30,551 nucleotides of DNA, from positions 1 to 30,551 of the forward strand of contig CAZYCQ010000040.1 in NCBI GenBank assembly GCA_964645535.1. The letters are read 5' to 3'. The DNA comes from an uncultured archaeon. GTDB taxonomy: Archaea; Asgardarchaeota; Heimdallarchaeia; Heimdallarchaeales; Kariarchaeaceae. The position numbers and the translations under genes are program-made. Of the stretch, positions 16,105-25,547 are shown one piece after another. The notes below the pieces were generated by a model that was not told where the DNA came from, ran no database searches, and saw only the letters and a list, made by a program, of their open reading frames with translations. Every line of letters begins with the position of its first letter. Position 1 is the first letter of the stretch.

Positions 16105-17268
16105 ATGAAACGACCAACAATTGTCTCAGCATTACTTTTCCTGATGCTTGCTTCCTCATTTGCATTGGGAAGCACTGCCATAGTGAAGACTGCACAACGA
16201 GATCAACCTAGAGTAGTATCGAAAGAAATCCGTCTTTCGATCGGAAGCCAAGTCCTCAAAGGATCAAATGATGAAGGGGTTCAATTGGTACTCTCCCGTT
16301 CCCACGTAAGGAGATTAACAAACGTTACCCGAGGACCGGCAGATGTAAACTTCACGGATTCGAATAGTGTCCATATTGAAGGCGAATTGAACAACACTCA
16401 AACTATTTTTGTCCGTGAAGTTAGAACTTTCGGACAAAAGGATTCCTATGTTGAAAACGTCACTGTGGGTGAAAGAGTAAGGAGGACATACCAAGACAGA
16501 AACGTCAATGGTCCGAATTCTGTGTTGGTTGATGAAACCTTCGACATTCCATACAGCTATGATGAATTGGACAGCAACGAAAATTACACAAAAATCCAAA
16601 GAAGGGGTCTTTCCATATTTGTTGCAAGATGGGGCGGATTGACCGATATTCCTGTCAATGACAGTGAAGGCAATGAAATCGGTCGCATCTTGGCTTTTCG
16701 TTTCCATATCCAGATTGTTGCCTTTTTGGAAGAAAGCAAAGAATTTGTTGCCAGTTATAAATCAACTGAATTTGGTTATGGTAATATGATTCCACAAGCA
16801 GTAAAGGATCGAGTGAAAAATGGAACATCCTTGGCCAATCGGATTGACAGGAAAGTTATCGGACGTGAGAGGCTTAACTCAACCCGTCCTTCTGTTGAAT
16901 GGATCGACCTTGGCTACAATTCTACGTATGATTTGAATATGAGTCTTGGAGTATTCCGTTTTAATAGGCACGCAAAGTTAAACTTGATTGCTCCTGCTGG
17001 AAATCGGCCACTAACCCAAGTGAATCTTCAATCATTGGATACTGATTTTGAAAGTCTTATCGATACCTATGCCGCAGCCAACGAAATTCATGAACTGGAC
17101 ACAATGGAGATAGACGATCTAGACTCATCCCTCATGGATGAAGTCATATCCGCTGAAAATTTCGACCTAAATGCGGTTACCAATGGAAGGCAACTACCCT
17201 TTAATTTCCTTGCCTTCCTTCTTCCATTTGTTTTCGCAATCCCCATTCTGAATCGAAAAAGAAGCTAA
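16105..17268 (+). CDS. Secreted, C-terminally anchored surface (glyco)protein of unknown function
   Basis: Signal peptide MKRPTIVSALLFLMLASSFALG; many sequons; acidic pre-anchor region; C-terminal LPFNFLAFLLPFVFAIPIL followed by NRKRS. Confidence 0.8.
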   Translation: MKRPTIVSALLFLMLASSFALGSTAIVKTAQRDQPRVVSKEIRLSIGSQVLKGSNDEGVQLVLSRSHVRRLTNVTRGPADVNFTDSNSVHIEGELNNTQTIFVREVRTFGQKDSYVENVTVGERVRRTYQDRNVNGPNSVLVDETFDIPYSYDELDSNENYTKIQRRGLSIFVARWGGLTDIPVNDSEGNEIGRILAFRFHIQIVAFLEESKEFVASYKSTEFGYGNMIPQAVKDRVKNGTSLANRIDRKVIGRERLNSTRPSVEWIDLGYNSTYDLNMSLGVFRFNRHAKLNLIAPAGNRPLTQVNLQSLDTDFESLIDTYAAANEIHELDTMEIDDLDSSLMDEVISAENFDLNAVTNGRQLPFNFLAFLLPFVFAIPILNRKRS

Positions 17269-17325
17269 TTGACATCTCCACATATTCAGTCTACGTGCTA
17301 AAATGTTATAATCTTATACGAACTC

Positions 17326-18858
17326 ATGAATTCAGTGTCTACAGAGGTCTTATACGTCCCATTTGTTGAAAAATACCGACCGAAGACAAAGAAAGAACTA
17401 ATCGGCAACAAGGCTGCTATAGATCGAATTGATCGATTTCTCTCTGAATGGAAACCCGATAAAAAACCAAAAGGACTTCTTCTTGTTGGACCACCTGGAA
17501 TTGGAAAGACTACTGCGGTTTATGCACTTGCAAATGATCATAACATGGACGTGGTGGAATTCAATGCTTCAGATAACAGGAACAAAAAAGACCTTCTCGA
17601 ATTTGTCCAACCTCTGACTGAATACACGAATCTCTTCTCGGAACGAATGAAGGTAATCCTGATTGATGAGGTGGATGGGCTTTCCGGTCAAAAAGACAGG
17701 GGCGCAGTTCCAACCCTGAATAAGCTGCTTCAATCTACCCGGTATCCTATTATTTTATGTGCAAATGACATTGAGGATAACAAGGTTCAGAGCCTTGCGA
17801 AAAATGTTCCTCTAGTCCAATTCTCAAGACCTGATGAATTTACCATCTTTGAACTACTTGAAAAAATCGCTGAAAAAGAAAAAATCAAGATTTCTGAGGA
17901 TGAGTTGCAGATCATTGCAGAAGCTGCCGCTGGGGATATTCGGGCGGCACTGAATGAACTTGAATCATTTAAATTCGGCACTGGAAAAACCTATTTGCCT
18001 CCTTCAAGAGATAAAATGAAAACTTGGGTGGATTATTTCAACGGAATTTTCTTTGCGAAAACCGCAGTCGAAGCTCGAGCCTCGACTCAAAATCCCCCCA
18101 CTAGCGATTACCGCATGATCCTGAATTACCTGTTTGATCTTGCACATCGATATTGTAGCACCCCTGAAGAATTGGCACGGACATATGGTGTTCTTGCCGC
18201 AGCTGATTTAGTTCTGGCTCGTATCTCCCGAACGCTTGATTGGAGCTTGCTTCGGTATTTCTTTCAATTGATCGGCCCCGGTCTCTTTTGGGCACGAACT
18301 TCTCATGGAGGAAAGAGGTTATCATCTGTTACCAATCTTCCACTTGCGTTTTTTGCCATTGGGAGGGGCAAACAAGTCAATAAGCTTGCAATTGAACTTG
18401 CTGAGCAGGTTCATCATAAGTTGCACATCGGGAAAAAAGAATTTGTCCATAATGAATTCCCTTATTTCATGAGATTAATGCATGGGGAGACTGGGGCAAA
18501 AATTGTTGCATGGTTGGATCTTGACGATACAATTGTTGAAAAAATCGTCAAGTACACAAAAGACAAATCTCTGCTCAAATACCTTGAGGATGCCCGAGCC
18601 GAAATTGGAAGGGTGAGAATCAAAGATGCTGCCAATGTCCAAAACGACACCCCCGACAATGCTGTGGAAGAACTGCTAAAATCACGTATTTTTGAAGCAA
18701 TCCCTGAGAAGAAAAAAGGCAGGAAACGCTCTTCGAAATCCAAAAAGGAGAAGAAACAAGAACAAAATCCCTCTGAACCTCCTCCGCAAGAAAAAAGCCC
18801 AACAACTGAGGAAAAAGCAAAGGACAAGAACCAGTTTTCCCTAGATGATTTCTTCTAG
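17326..18858 (+). CDS. rfcL: Replication factor C large subunit
   Basis: PFVEKYRP, GPPGIGKT, EFNASD, ILIDEVDG, GDIRAALN; low-complexity tail ending in the PIP box QFSLDDFF. Confidence 0.95.
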   Translation: MNSVSTEVLYVPFVEKYRPKTKKELIGNKAAIDRIDRFLSEWKPDKKPKGLLLVGPPGIGKTTAVYALANDHNMDVVEFNASDNRNKKDLLEFVQPLTEYTNLFSERMKVILIDEVDGLSGQKDRGAVPTLNKLLQSTRYPIILCANDIEDNKVQSLAKNVPLVQFSRPDEFTIFELLEKIAEKEKIKISEDELQIIAEAAAGDIRAALNELESFKFGTGKTYLPPSRDKMKTWVDYFNGIFFAKTAVEARASTQNPPTSDYRMILNYLFDLAHRYCSTPEELARTYGVLAAADLVLARISRTLDWSLLRYFFQLIGPGLFWARTSHGGKRLSSVTNLPLAFFAIGRGKQVNKLAIELAEQVHHKLHIGKKEFVHNEFPYFMRLMHGETGAKIVAWLDLDDTIVEKIVKYTKDKSLLKYLEDARAEIGRVRIKDAANVQNDTPDNAVEELLKSRIFEAIPEKKKGRKRSSKSKKEKKQEQNPSEPPPQEKSPTTEEKAKDKNQFSLDDFF

Positions 18859-19623
18859 CCTCTGTGAAATTAACCCTTCTTTGATCCTATACTCTCTGTA
18901 TTCTCTAATTCTGTCAAAATCAATCGTTGCCATTGCCATTCCTTTTTCATTTGGCAAATCAAGAAAATCTTCGATCGATTGGAGGTCTGCACTTTTCTTT
19001 GATGGATCAACAATGGCACTTGCAAACCCTGTGGTTATGTTCTTTCCCCCGGGATGGTCTGATACAGCTATTGGAAGGACAAATTCCCGCGACCTAGTCA
19101 ATGATAGGGAATACCAAAGTGTTCTTGCATAATGTCCGTGTCCCGGGAGGGTGACAGACATTGTCGGAATCATGAGGGCATCAATTCCATGATTTACATA
19201 TGTGGCTACTAAAGAATGGTGCCAAAGATCCGCACAGATGACCACTCCTAATTTTAATCCCCCTTTTGTAGTAATGATTTGGGGATCAAATATGCCTTTA
19301 ATGCCTCTTTCTCTTTCATGGTGCATCGGACTGTATTTTGGAACGGTTACAGTCTTCCCCTCATCTGTTATCACAATCGCACGGTTTGTTTTTTTCCCTT
19401 CCTGATCAATTACCGCAGTTCCTGCGACAAGAGTGCAATTGAATTTTCTTTCCCTAATTTCCTCTAAATCCTCTTCACGAAGTGGCGTTCTGCCCCAAGC
19501 ATATTCTGGAAGAATGATTGCATCCGCGTCAACTTTTTCAATTTGCTGTTCCATGAAATCAAGCCAATCAACTATTGACAACTCATTCCTTAGAAGAGGG
19601 ATTGTCGCAAATGAAAATTCCAC
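18841..19623 (-). CDS. Carbon-nitrogen hydrolase (nitrilase superfamily)
   Basis: Glu-Lys-Cys triad motifs ILPEY, PKY, VVICAD; C-terminal ATIDFDRIREYR. Confidence 0.85.
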   Translation of the reverse strand: MEFSFATIPLLRNELSIVDWLDFMEQQIEKVDADAIILPEYAWGRTPLREEDLEEIRERKFNCTLVAGTAVIDQEGKKTNRAIVITDEGKTVTVPKYSPMHHERERGIKGIFDPQIITTKGGLKLGVVICADLWHHSLVATYVNHGIDALMIPTMSVTLPGHGHYARTLWYSLSLTRSREFVLPIAVSDHPGGKNITTGFASAIVDPSKKSADLQSIEDFLDLPNEKGMAMATIDFDRIREYREYRIKEGLISQRLEEII

Positions 19624-19932
19624 ATGAAATAGTGTTCACAGAGGTAATAATCTTTGTGTTGGTCAAAACCTATGAAATACGCTATTTCACTGATTTAATT
19701 CACTATTATGTTTGGTTCCTCATAATGCTGATTGAAGATTTCTTGATGCAGTTTTCATAAGGCTGTCTTATTCAAACAAATATGTTTGCACAATATTTCA
19801 CTGAATGTTTATCTATAGTTTATGAAATTCTGGTCTAGACCGACTTAATTCCGCAAAATATGATTTTAATTGATCTCCCTCCTGCATGTTTATAAATTGA
19901 AGGTCTTTTTTTTAATTAGTAGGCGAGAAATC

Positions 19933-20751
19933 ATGATTGAATTGAATGTAGTTCAACCAAGAACATACCGTCCTGATAAATGGTGGGTTGAGCCTATGTC
20001 TATGGCTCTATATTTTGTTTTTTTCACCATTTATGTGATTTATGTAACCTTGGTTGCCCCTTTGGAGGATAGCATCCAAGAATGGAAAACCAGTGAGGCT
20101 GGAGTCAATTATATTAGCCCATTTTTCTCCCCGGATCTTAAACATTTCTTCGGAATCGACACTCCAATTCTGCATATCCCCGGTATCGGAGATTGGAAGC
20201 TCTCTCCTGCCCTGCTGATCATTTGGGCTCCATTGGGTTTCCGTGCGACCTGCTATTATGGGCGAAAAGTAATTTACAGAAGTTTCTTTTGGAGCCCTCC
20301 TGCATGTGCGGTCGATGGTTTCAAAATGAGACAAGGTAAATACAAAGGTGATGGACCTGGAATTTTCTTTATCGTCCATCTTCACCGATATTTCTTCTAC
20401 CTTGCATTCATTTTGGCTGTTTTCCATTGGATTGACACGGTCTTTGCTATGCAGTTTAGGGCAGCTGATGGGTCAATGGCATGGGGAATTGGATTGGGAA
20501 CAATTCTTAGTGCCTTTGATGCACTTTTTCTAACTCTGTATGTCATTAGTTGTCATTCATTCCGTCATCTGATGGGTGGTGGTGCAAATACCCCTGGTAC
20601 TTTCAGGTACTGGCTTTGGTCCAAAATTTCAAAGCTAAACAGATTCCATGGGTTATGGTTCTGGCTTTCCCTGTTCATGATTGTTATTGTTGATGTCTAC
20701 TTCCGCTTAGTTGCTATGGGGATTGTGACCGAAATGAGGTGGTTGTTCTAA
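19933..20751 (+). CDS. Succinate dehydrogenase membrane anchor, mycobacterial Sdh1C (Rv0249c)-like
   Basis: First gene of the sdh operon. RPDKWW, YISPFFSP, GFRATCYYGRK, SPPACAV, HRYFFY and SCHSFRH recalled as Sdh1-anchor motifs. Multiple TM helices. TTTATAAA at 19889-19896 upstream. Confidence 0.8.
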   Translation: MIELNVVQPRTYRPDKWWVEPMSMALYFVFFTIYVIYVTLVAPLEDSIQEWKTSEAGVNYISPFFSPDLKHFFGIDTPILHIPGIGDWKLSPALLIIWAPLGFRATCYYGRKVIYRSFFWSPPACAVDGFKMRQGKYKGDGPGIFFIVHLHRYFFYLAFILAVFHWIDTVFAMQFRAADGSMAWGIGLGTILSAFDALFLTLYVISCHSFRHLMGGGANTPGTFRYWLWSKISKLNRFHGLWFWLSLFMIVIVDVYFRLVAMGIVTEMRWLF

Positions 20752-22583
20752 TGGGATATAATGTAGATGAGGAATTGAAGAAAGTCATACGAAAAAGTTA
20801 TGATGTTTTGATAATTGGTGCTGGTGGTGCAGGTCTGCGTGCCGCTATCGCCGCAGCAGAAGCAGGTGTTAATGTGGGTGTTGTCACAAAATCTCTTCTT
20901 GGAAAGGCCCACACCGTTATGGCCGAGGGTGGAGCTGCGGCTGCACTAGGTAACGTTGATTCTAGAGACAATTGGAAAGTCCATTTCAGGGATACCATGA
21001 AAGGAGGGAAGTATCACAACAACTGGAGAATGGTTGAGATATTTGCAAAGGAAGCTCCTGAACGTATTAGGGAACTGGAAATGTATGGTGCTGTTTTTGA
21101 TCGGACTGAGGAAGGGAAAATCAAACAACGAAACTTTGGAGGGCATAAATATCCCCGATTGGCTCATGTTGGTGACCGAACAGGGTTGGAACTAATTCGA
21201 ACCCTACAGGACAAGGCTATCCATTTTGACAATCTCCATGTCGAAATGGAAACTACCATCACAAAGCTTATTGTTGAAAATGAAGAAGTAAAAGGTGCCT
21301 TTGGTTACAATAGACAAACTGGAGAACTGATCGCCTTTTCTGCAAAATCTGTCATCATTGCTACCGGCGGTTTCGGAAAAGTGTTCCGAGTTACTTCAAA
21401 CAGTTGGGAACTTACCGGTGATGGTGAATCCCTTGCCTACAGGGAAGGAGTTGAACTGACTGACATGGAATTTATTCAATTCCATCCCACTGGGATGGTC
21501 TATCCAAACTCCGTCAAGGGTACTTTGGTAACCGAAGGTGTCCGAGGTGAAGGTGGAATCCTCCTGAACAACAAGGGAGAACGTTTCATGTTTAGATACA
21601 TCCCTGAGATGTTCAAGGTGGATTATGCAGAAACAGAAGAAGAAGCAGAAAGGTGGTTCAAAGGCGATCCAACTGCACGACGTCCTCCTGAACTGTTGAC
21701 CCGTGATGTTGTGGCAAAGGCTATCATTGCTGAAGTAAAAGCAGGAAGAGGATCTCCCCATGGTGGTGCATTTCTTGATATTGCCTCACGACGCACCCCT
21801 GAAGAAATCAAGCGGGTACTTCCAAGCATGCATCACCAATTTTTGAAACTTGCAAAACTAGACATCACAAAGGAGCCAATGGAAGTCGGTCCGACTGCGC
21901 ACTATGCTATGGGTGGTATCCGTGTCGATGGAGAGACCCAAGAAACTAATATCAAAGGAATTTTTGCAGCAGGAGAGGCCGCTGCCGGTCTTCATGGTGC
22001 CAATCGGCTTGGTGGCAATTCTCTCACGGATTTGATTGTCTTTGGTAAGATTGCTGGAGATCATGCAGCAAAAAGGGCAAAAGAAGTGTCCCAGAAAGAA
22101 CTCAATGATGAAGAAATAAAAGAGGCAATTGAATTCACTCTGAAACCTTTTGATGAAAGTAATGATGAAGACCCATATCAGCTCCATGCAGAACTCAAGG
22201 AACTTATGGAAGAATATGTCGGAATTATCAGGGATGAAAAGGGTCTTACCACTGCAATCGAGAAGCTCAAGGAAATGATGAAAAGAGCGGATCGGCTGAA
22301 AGCAGTAGGTGACACTCGAACCTATAATTCCTCATGGCACCAAGCTCTTGACATCAAGAATATGGTGACTGTTGCCCTCATCATTGCTACTGCTGCACTC
22401 CAAAGAAAAGAAAGCAGGGGAGGACACACTAGAGAAGATTATCCTGAAACTGACGAATCCCTTACCAATGTTCTCTATGTTATCAAAAAAGGAGAGGATG
22501 GTTTCCCTGTCGTTTCAGAGGCAACATATCCCCCAATGCCTGATGAACTGGTTCAGGCGATGAAGGAGGTCGAGGAGGAGTAA
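20751..22583 (+). CDS. sdhA: Succinate dehydrogenase/fumarate reductase flavoprotein
   Basis: IIGAGGAG; AHTVMAEGG (covalent-FAD His); QFHPT; TEGVRGEGG; HYAMGG; HGANRLGGNSL; ESRGGH. TAATG overlap with the upstream gene. Confidence 0.96.
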   Translation: MGYNVDEELKKVIRKSYDVLIIGAGGAGLRAAIAAAEAGVNVGVVTKSLLGKAHTVMAEGGAAAALGNVDSRDNWKVHFRDTMKGGKYHNNWRMVEIFAKEAPERIRELEMYGAVFDRTEEGKIKQRNFGGHKYPRLAHVGDRTGLELIRTLQDKAIHFDNLHVEMETTITKLIVENEEVKGAFGYNRQTGELIAFSAKSVIIATGGFGKVFRVTSNSWELTGDGESLAYREGVELTDMEFIQFHPTGMVYPNSVKGTLVTEGVRGEGGILLNNKGERFMFRYIPEMFKVDYAETEEEAERWFKGDPTARRPPELLTRDVVAKAIIAEVKAGRGSPHGGAFLDIASRRTPEEIKRVLPSMHHQFLKLAKLDITKEPMEVGPTAHYAMGGIRVDGETQETNIKGIFAAGEAAAGLHGANRLGGNSLTDLIVFGKIAGDHAAKRAKEVSQKELNDEEIKEAIEFTLKPFDESNDEDPYQLHAELKELMEEYVGIIRDEKGLTTAIEKLKEMMKRADRLKAVGDTRTYNSSWHQALDIKNMVTVALIIATAALQRKESRGGHTREDYPETDESLTNVLYVIKKGEDGFPVVSEATYPPMPDELVQAMKEVEEE

Positions 22584-22586
22584 ATC

Positions 22587-23375
22587 ATGTCTGCTGAAAG
22601 TGAAAAGATTGATGTCTATTCCGGTGCCACCATTGATCGAAAAATCAAGGTCCGTATCCAGAGAGGAAATGCAGAGACTGGAATTGAAATGGTAGAGTAT
22701 GATGTCGAGTATGACCATACTGAGGTTGTTTTGGACATTGTCCATAGGGTTCAAGCTGAATTTGCTCCAGATCTTGCAGTCAGGTGGAACTGTAAGGCAG
22801 GAAAATGCGGATCCTGCTCTGCTGAAATCAATGGAATGCCAAAACTTATGTGTATGACAAAGATGGTAGATTACGATGGAGACGAAGTCATTGAAATACG
22901 GCCTATGCGAACCTTCCCTGTAATCAAGGATCTTGTTACAGATGTGAGCTGGAATTTTGAAGTCAATAAAAGAATCAAACCTTTCAAGCCTCCTGAAGGT
23001 CTCAATGAACTGACAATGGAACAAAGGCATGTTGACCGCATTCAAGAGTTCAGAAAATGCATTGAATGTTTCTTGTGCCAAAACACCTGCCATGTCCTTC
23101 GTACCCATGATAAAAAACAAGAGTTTGCCGGTCCAAGGTTCATGATCCGTTTGGCATCCCTTCAAATGCACCCTATGGATACTGAAGAAAACCGCCTACA
23201 AGAGATCGAAAAGGATTTTGGTGTCATGATGTGCAACATAACACGATGTTGTACTGAAGTATGTCCTGAAAACATCAATATTACAGATAATGGAATCATT
23301 CCATTGAAAGAAAGAGTGATTGATGGATATGATCCGTTGGCAAAAGCAATTTCTTGGGTTAAAAGATTATTGTAA
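22587..23375 (+). CDS. sdhB: Succinate dehydrogenase/fumarate reductase iron-sulfur subunit
   Basis: CKAGKCGSC...C, CIECFLCQNTC and CNITRCCTEVCP cluster motifs. Confidence 0.95.
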   Translation: MSAESEKIDVYSGATIDRKIKVRIQRGNAETGIEMVEYDVEYDHTEVVLDIVHRVQAEFAPDLAVRWNCKAGKCGSCSAEINGMPKLMCMTKMVDYDGDEVIEIRPMRTFPVIKDLVTDVSWNFEVNKRIKPFKPPEGLNELTMEQRHVDRIQEFRKCIECFLCQNTCHVLRTHDKKQEFAGPRFMIRLASLQMHPMDTEENRLQEIEKDFGVMMCNITRCCTEVCPENINITDNGIIPLKERVIDGYDPLAKAISWVKRLL

Positions 23376-23386
23376 TTTAATTTAAT

Positions 23387-25237
23387 TTAATTCGAGAGTC
23401 TTCTTTTCAGGAAGTCAGTAAACAATTTCATTGATCTTATCCGACCTTGGATATCGCTCATTGCTCCATGGCCTTCATCTGTATATTCAACAAATTCAAA
23501 ATCTCCGTCAGGTCCTTCCTTCCGTCCCAATTCAAGTAGCCGATTTCGAACGTTTCTGGATTCTGTCACAGGACATCTTGGATCATTAGTTCCATGAACC
23601 AAAAGAAGCGGTGCTTTAATGTTTTCCACATAATTCAGAGGTGATCTTTCCTCCCAAAGATCTGCATCTTTCACTGGATCACCCATTTGCATCCGCAGGA
23701 AATACTTGAAGTGGGGCATGGATTTTTCGTACATGTTCTTTAGATGGGAAACAGGAACCCATGCACATCCCGCTGCCCAAAGGTCAGGTGATTTTGTGAG
23801 GCAAACCAACGTGGCATAACCTCCGTAACTTCCTCCGAAAACAGCAACCCGTTTTGGATCGACACTGTAATTGTCGATTATGTATTGTCTTCCAGCTACC
23901 CAATCATCATGATCCTTGCCTCCCCAGTCTTTGAGACATGCATCTCTAAATTCTACACCATATCCCGTGCTTCCTCTGACGTTTGGCAATAGGACAACAT
24001 ATCCCAAGTCTGCCAAATATTGTGCCATCATACTGAAATTCAAGAAATATTGTGCGGTTGGACCTCCATGGGGCAAAACAATTGCTGGGTATTTATAGGA
24101 GGGATCAAAATCCCTTGGTTTGTAAATTATTGCTGGAATCATGGTTCCATCTAGGCTTGGATACCAGATGTGTTCTCCATCAACAAAAAGAGATGGATCA
24201 ATTCCCTTTGTGTCTGTGTTCAGGAGCACTTCACTTTCCTGTGCCTGAAGATCAAATTTAATCAACTGTGATGGCATGGTTGGAGTATTGATTGTCAAAA
24301 ATAGATACCTGTCATCCTTCAATTGGGTTCCTGCTGCAATTCCCTTTGGGAAATCCAATTGTTTCTGCTCCCCTGTCTCTAAATCAAAAATCACGGGTGT
24401 GACGGATCCTTCAATATTTTGCATTCCTACCAAAAACTTTCCGTTGTCACTGAATTTCCCGGCATATTGTTCATGTTTTCCATCTCCCAAAAATCGGATT
24501 TCTTTTGTTTCCATGTCATAAATCCCTGGTTGGGAAATCCCACTGGCATCTGTGGTAAAGGCTATATATCTCCCGTCTTTTGACCAATCTGCAAAACTGT
24601 CATTGCTTCCCACCTTAATCTGAATTATTCTTTCGGTATGGGTTCCGTCGGTTTTGGCAAGATAAATGTCTGAATTTCTGAGGTCGTTTTCCTCGTTTGT
24701 TGAATAAACTAGGTATTCTCCATTTGGAGAGAACTTTCCCCCGAATGCCGGATTTTCATGAGCTGTAATCTGTTCAATCGTCTCACCATCTGTGGAAATT
24801 CGAAATACATTCATTTGCCCATTTCTGTTACTGACCAATGAGTACCATTTGCCGTCTGGCGAAGAATCGACAATATATTCCTGAAATTCTGGAGTGTTGG
24901 TGAGCATTTCCACTTCTTTGGTGGTTATGTCAATCATGTGAATATTGTGTTGCTCATCTCCGTCTTTATCTTTTGCGAAGAGTATTTTTGTATCGTCCCT
25001 TGACCAGATGAATCCTGCCCGAAGTGTCTTTGGAACCTCCCCATTGGAAATCTGTCTGATTTCCTTGGTGGCCAGATCCATAATATATAGCTCATTTCTT
25101 CCTGTCCTGTCCCAATAAAAGGCCAGTTTATCCTTCTTATGGCTCAATGTAGGAAAGTAGAAGCTTGGCATGGATGCCAACGTTTCCAAATCAAAATTCC
25201 CTTTGTCCCGAATAGGGGCTAGCTTTTGGGATTCCAT
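23387..25237 (-). CDS. S9-family peptidase (acylaminoacyl/dipeptidyl aminopeptidase-like) with beta-propeller
   Basis: HGGP, NVRGSTGYG, GGSYGG (Ser), NDPRC (Asp), EGHG (His); TolB-like repeats in the N-terminal half. Start at 25237 or 25258. Confidence 0.93.
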   Translation of the reverse strand: MESQKLAPIRDKGNFDLETLASMPSFYFPTLSHKKDKLAFYWDRTGRNELYIMDLATKEIRQISNGEVPKTLRAGFIWSRDDTKILFAKDKDGDEQHNIHMIDITTKEVEMLTNTPEFQEYIVDSSPDGKWYSLVSNRNGQMNVFRISTDGETIEQITAHENPAFGGKFSPNGEYLVYSTNEENDLRNSDIYLAKTDGTHTERIIQIKVGSNDSFADWSKDGRYIAFTTDASGISQPGIYDMETKEIRFLGDGKHEQYAGKFSDNGKFLVGMQNIEGSVTPVIFDLETGEQKQLDFPKGIAAGTQLKDDRYLFLTINTPTMPSQLIKFDLQAQESEVLLNTDTKGIDPSLFVDGEHIWYPSLDGTMIPAIIYKPRDFDPSYKYPAIVLPHGGPTAQYFLNFSMMAQYLADLGYVVLLPNVRGSTGYGVEFRDACLKDWGGKDHDDWVAGRQYIIDNYSVDPKRVAVFGGSYGGYATLVCLTKSPDLWAAGCAWVPVSHLKNMYEKSMPHFKYFLRMQMGDPVKDADLWEERSPLNYVENIKAPLLLVHGTNDPRCPVTESRNVRNRLLELGRKEGPDGDFEFVEYTDEGHGAMSDIQGRIRSMKLFTDFLKRRLSN

Positions 25238-25266
25238 AGGATTGATAATGTGATGCAAAAATAAGG

Positions 25267-25283
25267 TTATCCCTTAGGGATAA
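25267..25283. promoter_or_regulatory. Palindromic putative operator in the divergent S9 peptidase / metG intergenic region
   Basis: TTATCCCT-T-AGGGATAA, perfect 8-bp arms. Confidence 0.5.
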
Positions 25284-25365
25284 ATTATTTTGAAATTTAA
25301 AATTTAATTGAATGGTTGAATTCACTCCTACAACAACCTTTTAAGTGATAAAAAGCTAATACGAA

Positions 25366-25504
25366 ATGGTGAAACCCATGGGGTATCGTGAAATGGAACT
25401 TCGGTATTGATTCTTTCTTTCTCAATCCAATCAGTTCAGAATCACCTTGGGTTTTACTCTCGAAGAATTTTCTGTTTCCTCAACATTTTTGCAAGGACAG
25501 GAAA
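25366..25504 (+). promoter_or_regulatory. Candidate structured metG leader containing a 14-codon uORF (MVKPMGYREMELRY, 25366-25410)
   Basis: TTTTAAG box at 25339-25345; uORF with three ATG codons; hand-folded hairpins at 25369-25457 and 25468-25504. Confidence 0.4.
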
Positions 25505-25547
25505 GTTGCATTTTTACGAACTGTGAAAAAACTAGAGGTGATAGCTA

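Noticed and set aside
19773-19841. CAAACA-N4-TGTTTG and GGTCTAGACC palindromes upstream of sdh; the latter resembles a GntR/DasR-type core
   Set aside because: Short palindromes of this size are expected by chance in 30 kb, there is no second copy, and no cognate regulator lies in the window.
25366-25547. T-box or SAM riboswitch upstream of metG
   Set aside because: No T-box antiterminator (UGGNACC) or SAM-I consensus visible; kept only as an unclassified leader.
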